DNA of 64,000 nt from Bdellovibrionales bacterium (GTDB lineage Bacteria; Bdellovibrionota; Bdellovibrionia; Bdellovibrionales; UBA1609), in NCBI GenBank assembly GCA_041391465.1, contig JAWKNX010000014.1:14958-78957 (forward strand), in the 5' to 3' direction. The position numbers were made by a program, and so were the translations under genes. How positions within the stretch are numbered: position 1 is the stretch's first letter; each line of letters opens with the position of its first letter. Under the pieces are notes generated by a model. It saw only the letters and a list, made by a program, of their open reading frames with translations, ran no database searches and had not been told where the DNA came from. Below, piece after piece: positions 63,448 to 64,000 of this stretch.

Positions 63448-64000
63448 TTAGTGACTCATTCCTGAATCTACAACCTTCATTTTACTTTCCAATAGTCGAT
63501 AAACAATAGGCAAAACAATGAGTGTCAGGATTGTTGCTGAGATAATTCCTCCTACAACTACCGATGCCAAGGGTCTTTGCACTTCAGCGCCACTGCCTGT
63601 CGATAGCATCATAGGTAGAAACCCAAATGCAGCCGCCGATGCGGTCATTAGAACTGGCCTCAGTCTCATCTTAGTTCCCTGCTGAATCAACTCATCTCCA
63701 GTCAAGCCATCGAGCTTGAGTTTGTTAAAATAGCTCACAAGGACAACACCATTAAGTACAGCGATACCAGAAAGTGCAATAAAGCCAATGGCGGCGGAAA
63801 TGCTAAAATTTAGACCATTGAGCATTAAACCGATGACACCACCGACTAAGGCCATAGGAATACAGCCGAAAATGATAAAGGTTTGAGTCAAACTCTTAAA
63901 TGCCATAAAAATCATTACGAAAACTAAAAGTAAGGCCAAAGGCACAACAACCATCAATCGATTTCTTGCTTTCTCTAAGTTCTTAAAGCTTCCACCCCAT
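63448..64000 (-). CDS. RND-family efflux pump inner-membrane subunit (CzcA/CusA-like), C-terminal part; continues past right edge
   Basis: The frame stays open to position 64000 (own check). TM-rich C-terminus with RLRPVLMTASAAAFGFLPM and SATILTLIVLPIVY. Confidence 0.8.
   Translation of the reverse strand, partial: WGGSFKNLEKARNRLMVVVPLALLLVFVMIFMAFKSLTQTFIIFGCIPMALVGGVIGLMLNGLNFSISAAIGFIALSGIAVLNGVVLVSYFNKLKLDGLTGDELIQQGTKMRLRPVLMTASAAAFGFLPMMLSTGSGAEVQRPLASVVVGGIISATILTLIVLPIVYRLLESKMKVVDSGMSH

Noticed and set aside
1-64000. CRISPR arrays, rRNA genes, intact tRNA genes, prophage structural genes
   Set aside because: I found no regularly spaced short direct repeats and no rRNA-like conserved blocks while reading the intergenic regions. 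Apart from the IS, the repeats found are the two ~650-bp copies and the short motifs reported above.

Overview
AT-rich Gram-negative chromosomal segment. Gene content is reminiscent of Bdellovibrio-like/Oligoflexia organisms, but the taxon cannot be proven from this window. All coordinates come from reading the sequence and ORF track by eye, with no searches run.

Layout, left to right:
- (1) Tail of a conjugative type IV secretion module: VirB2-type pilin plus a TraL/VirB3-like gene that runs off the edge.
- (2) A MarR-controlled thiol-redox operon that includes a signal-peptide-bearing protoglobin, then Rof-like and YggS genes.
- (3) An SBP / histidine kinase / sigma-54 activator / hydrolase operon behind a good sigma-54 promoter.
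- (4) A large anaerobic/denitrification island:
  - cytochrome c, NnrS, two Dnr/NnrR-type Crp/Fnr regulators, DUF2249, hemerythrin-like protein;
  - NirK-cytochrome c fusion with NirV and SCO;
  - NrdD with its activase gene nrdG split by an IS1182-family element (6-bp target duplication), and a heavily frameshifted class II RNR (nrdJ);
  - HemN/HemJ;
  - a complete molybdenum-cofactor pathway (two fusion proteins) behind a probable Moco riboswitch;
  - a Tat-exported NarG/NxrA-type alpha-beta-gamma enzyme with chaperone, two unknown ORFs and its own TatA.
  - Eight copies of a 14-bp FNR-like palindrome tie these units into one predicted regulon.
- (5) Two ~650-bp direct repeats (recombinase-domain gene plus small peptide gene; one copy decayed, next to a tRNA 3'-end-like scar) flank a MacB/LolA-like exporter cluster with a TetR regulator.
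- (6) A decayed accessory patch: DUF2971, an RloC/PrrC-like AAA_13 ATPase with a CxxC hook followed by a PNKP-type HAD phosphatase, a frameshifted histidine kinase, a cupin and a second sigma-54 activator.
- (7) A MerR / decayed CDF / RND metal module at the right edge.

No rRNA, intact tRNA or CRISPR array was seen.

Most interesting:
- the FNR-like regulon motif;
- the self-contained periplasmic Nar/Nxr-type molybdoenzyme supercluster with uncharacterised partners;
- inactivation of both oxygen-independent RNR routes beside intact anaerobic respiration genes;
- the nuclease-plus-healing-phosphatase-like gene pair.
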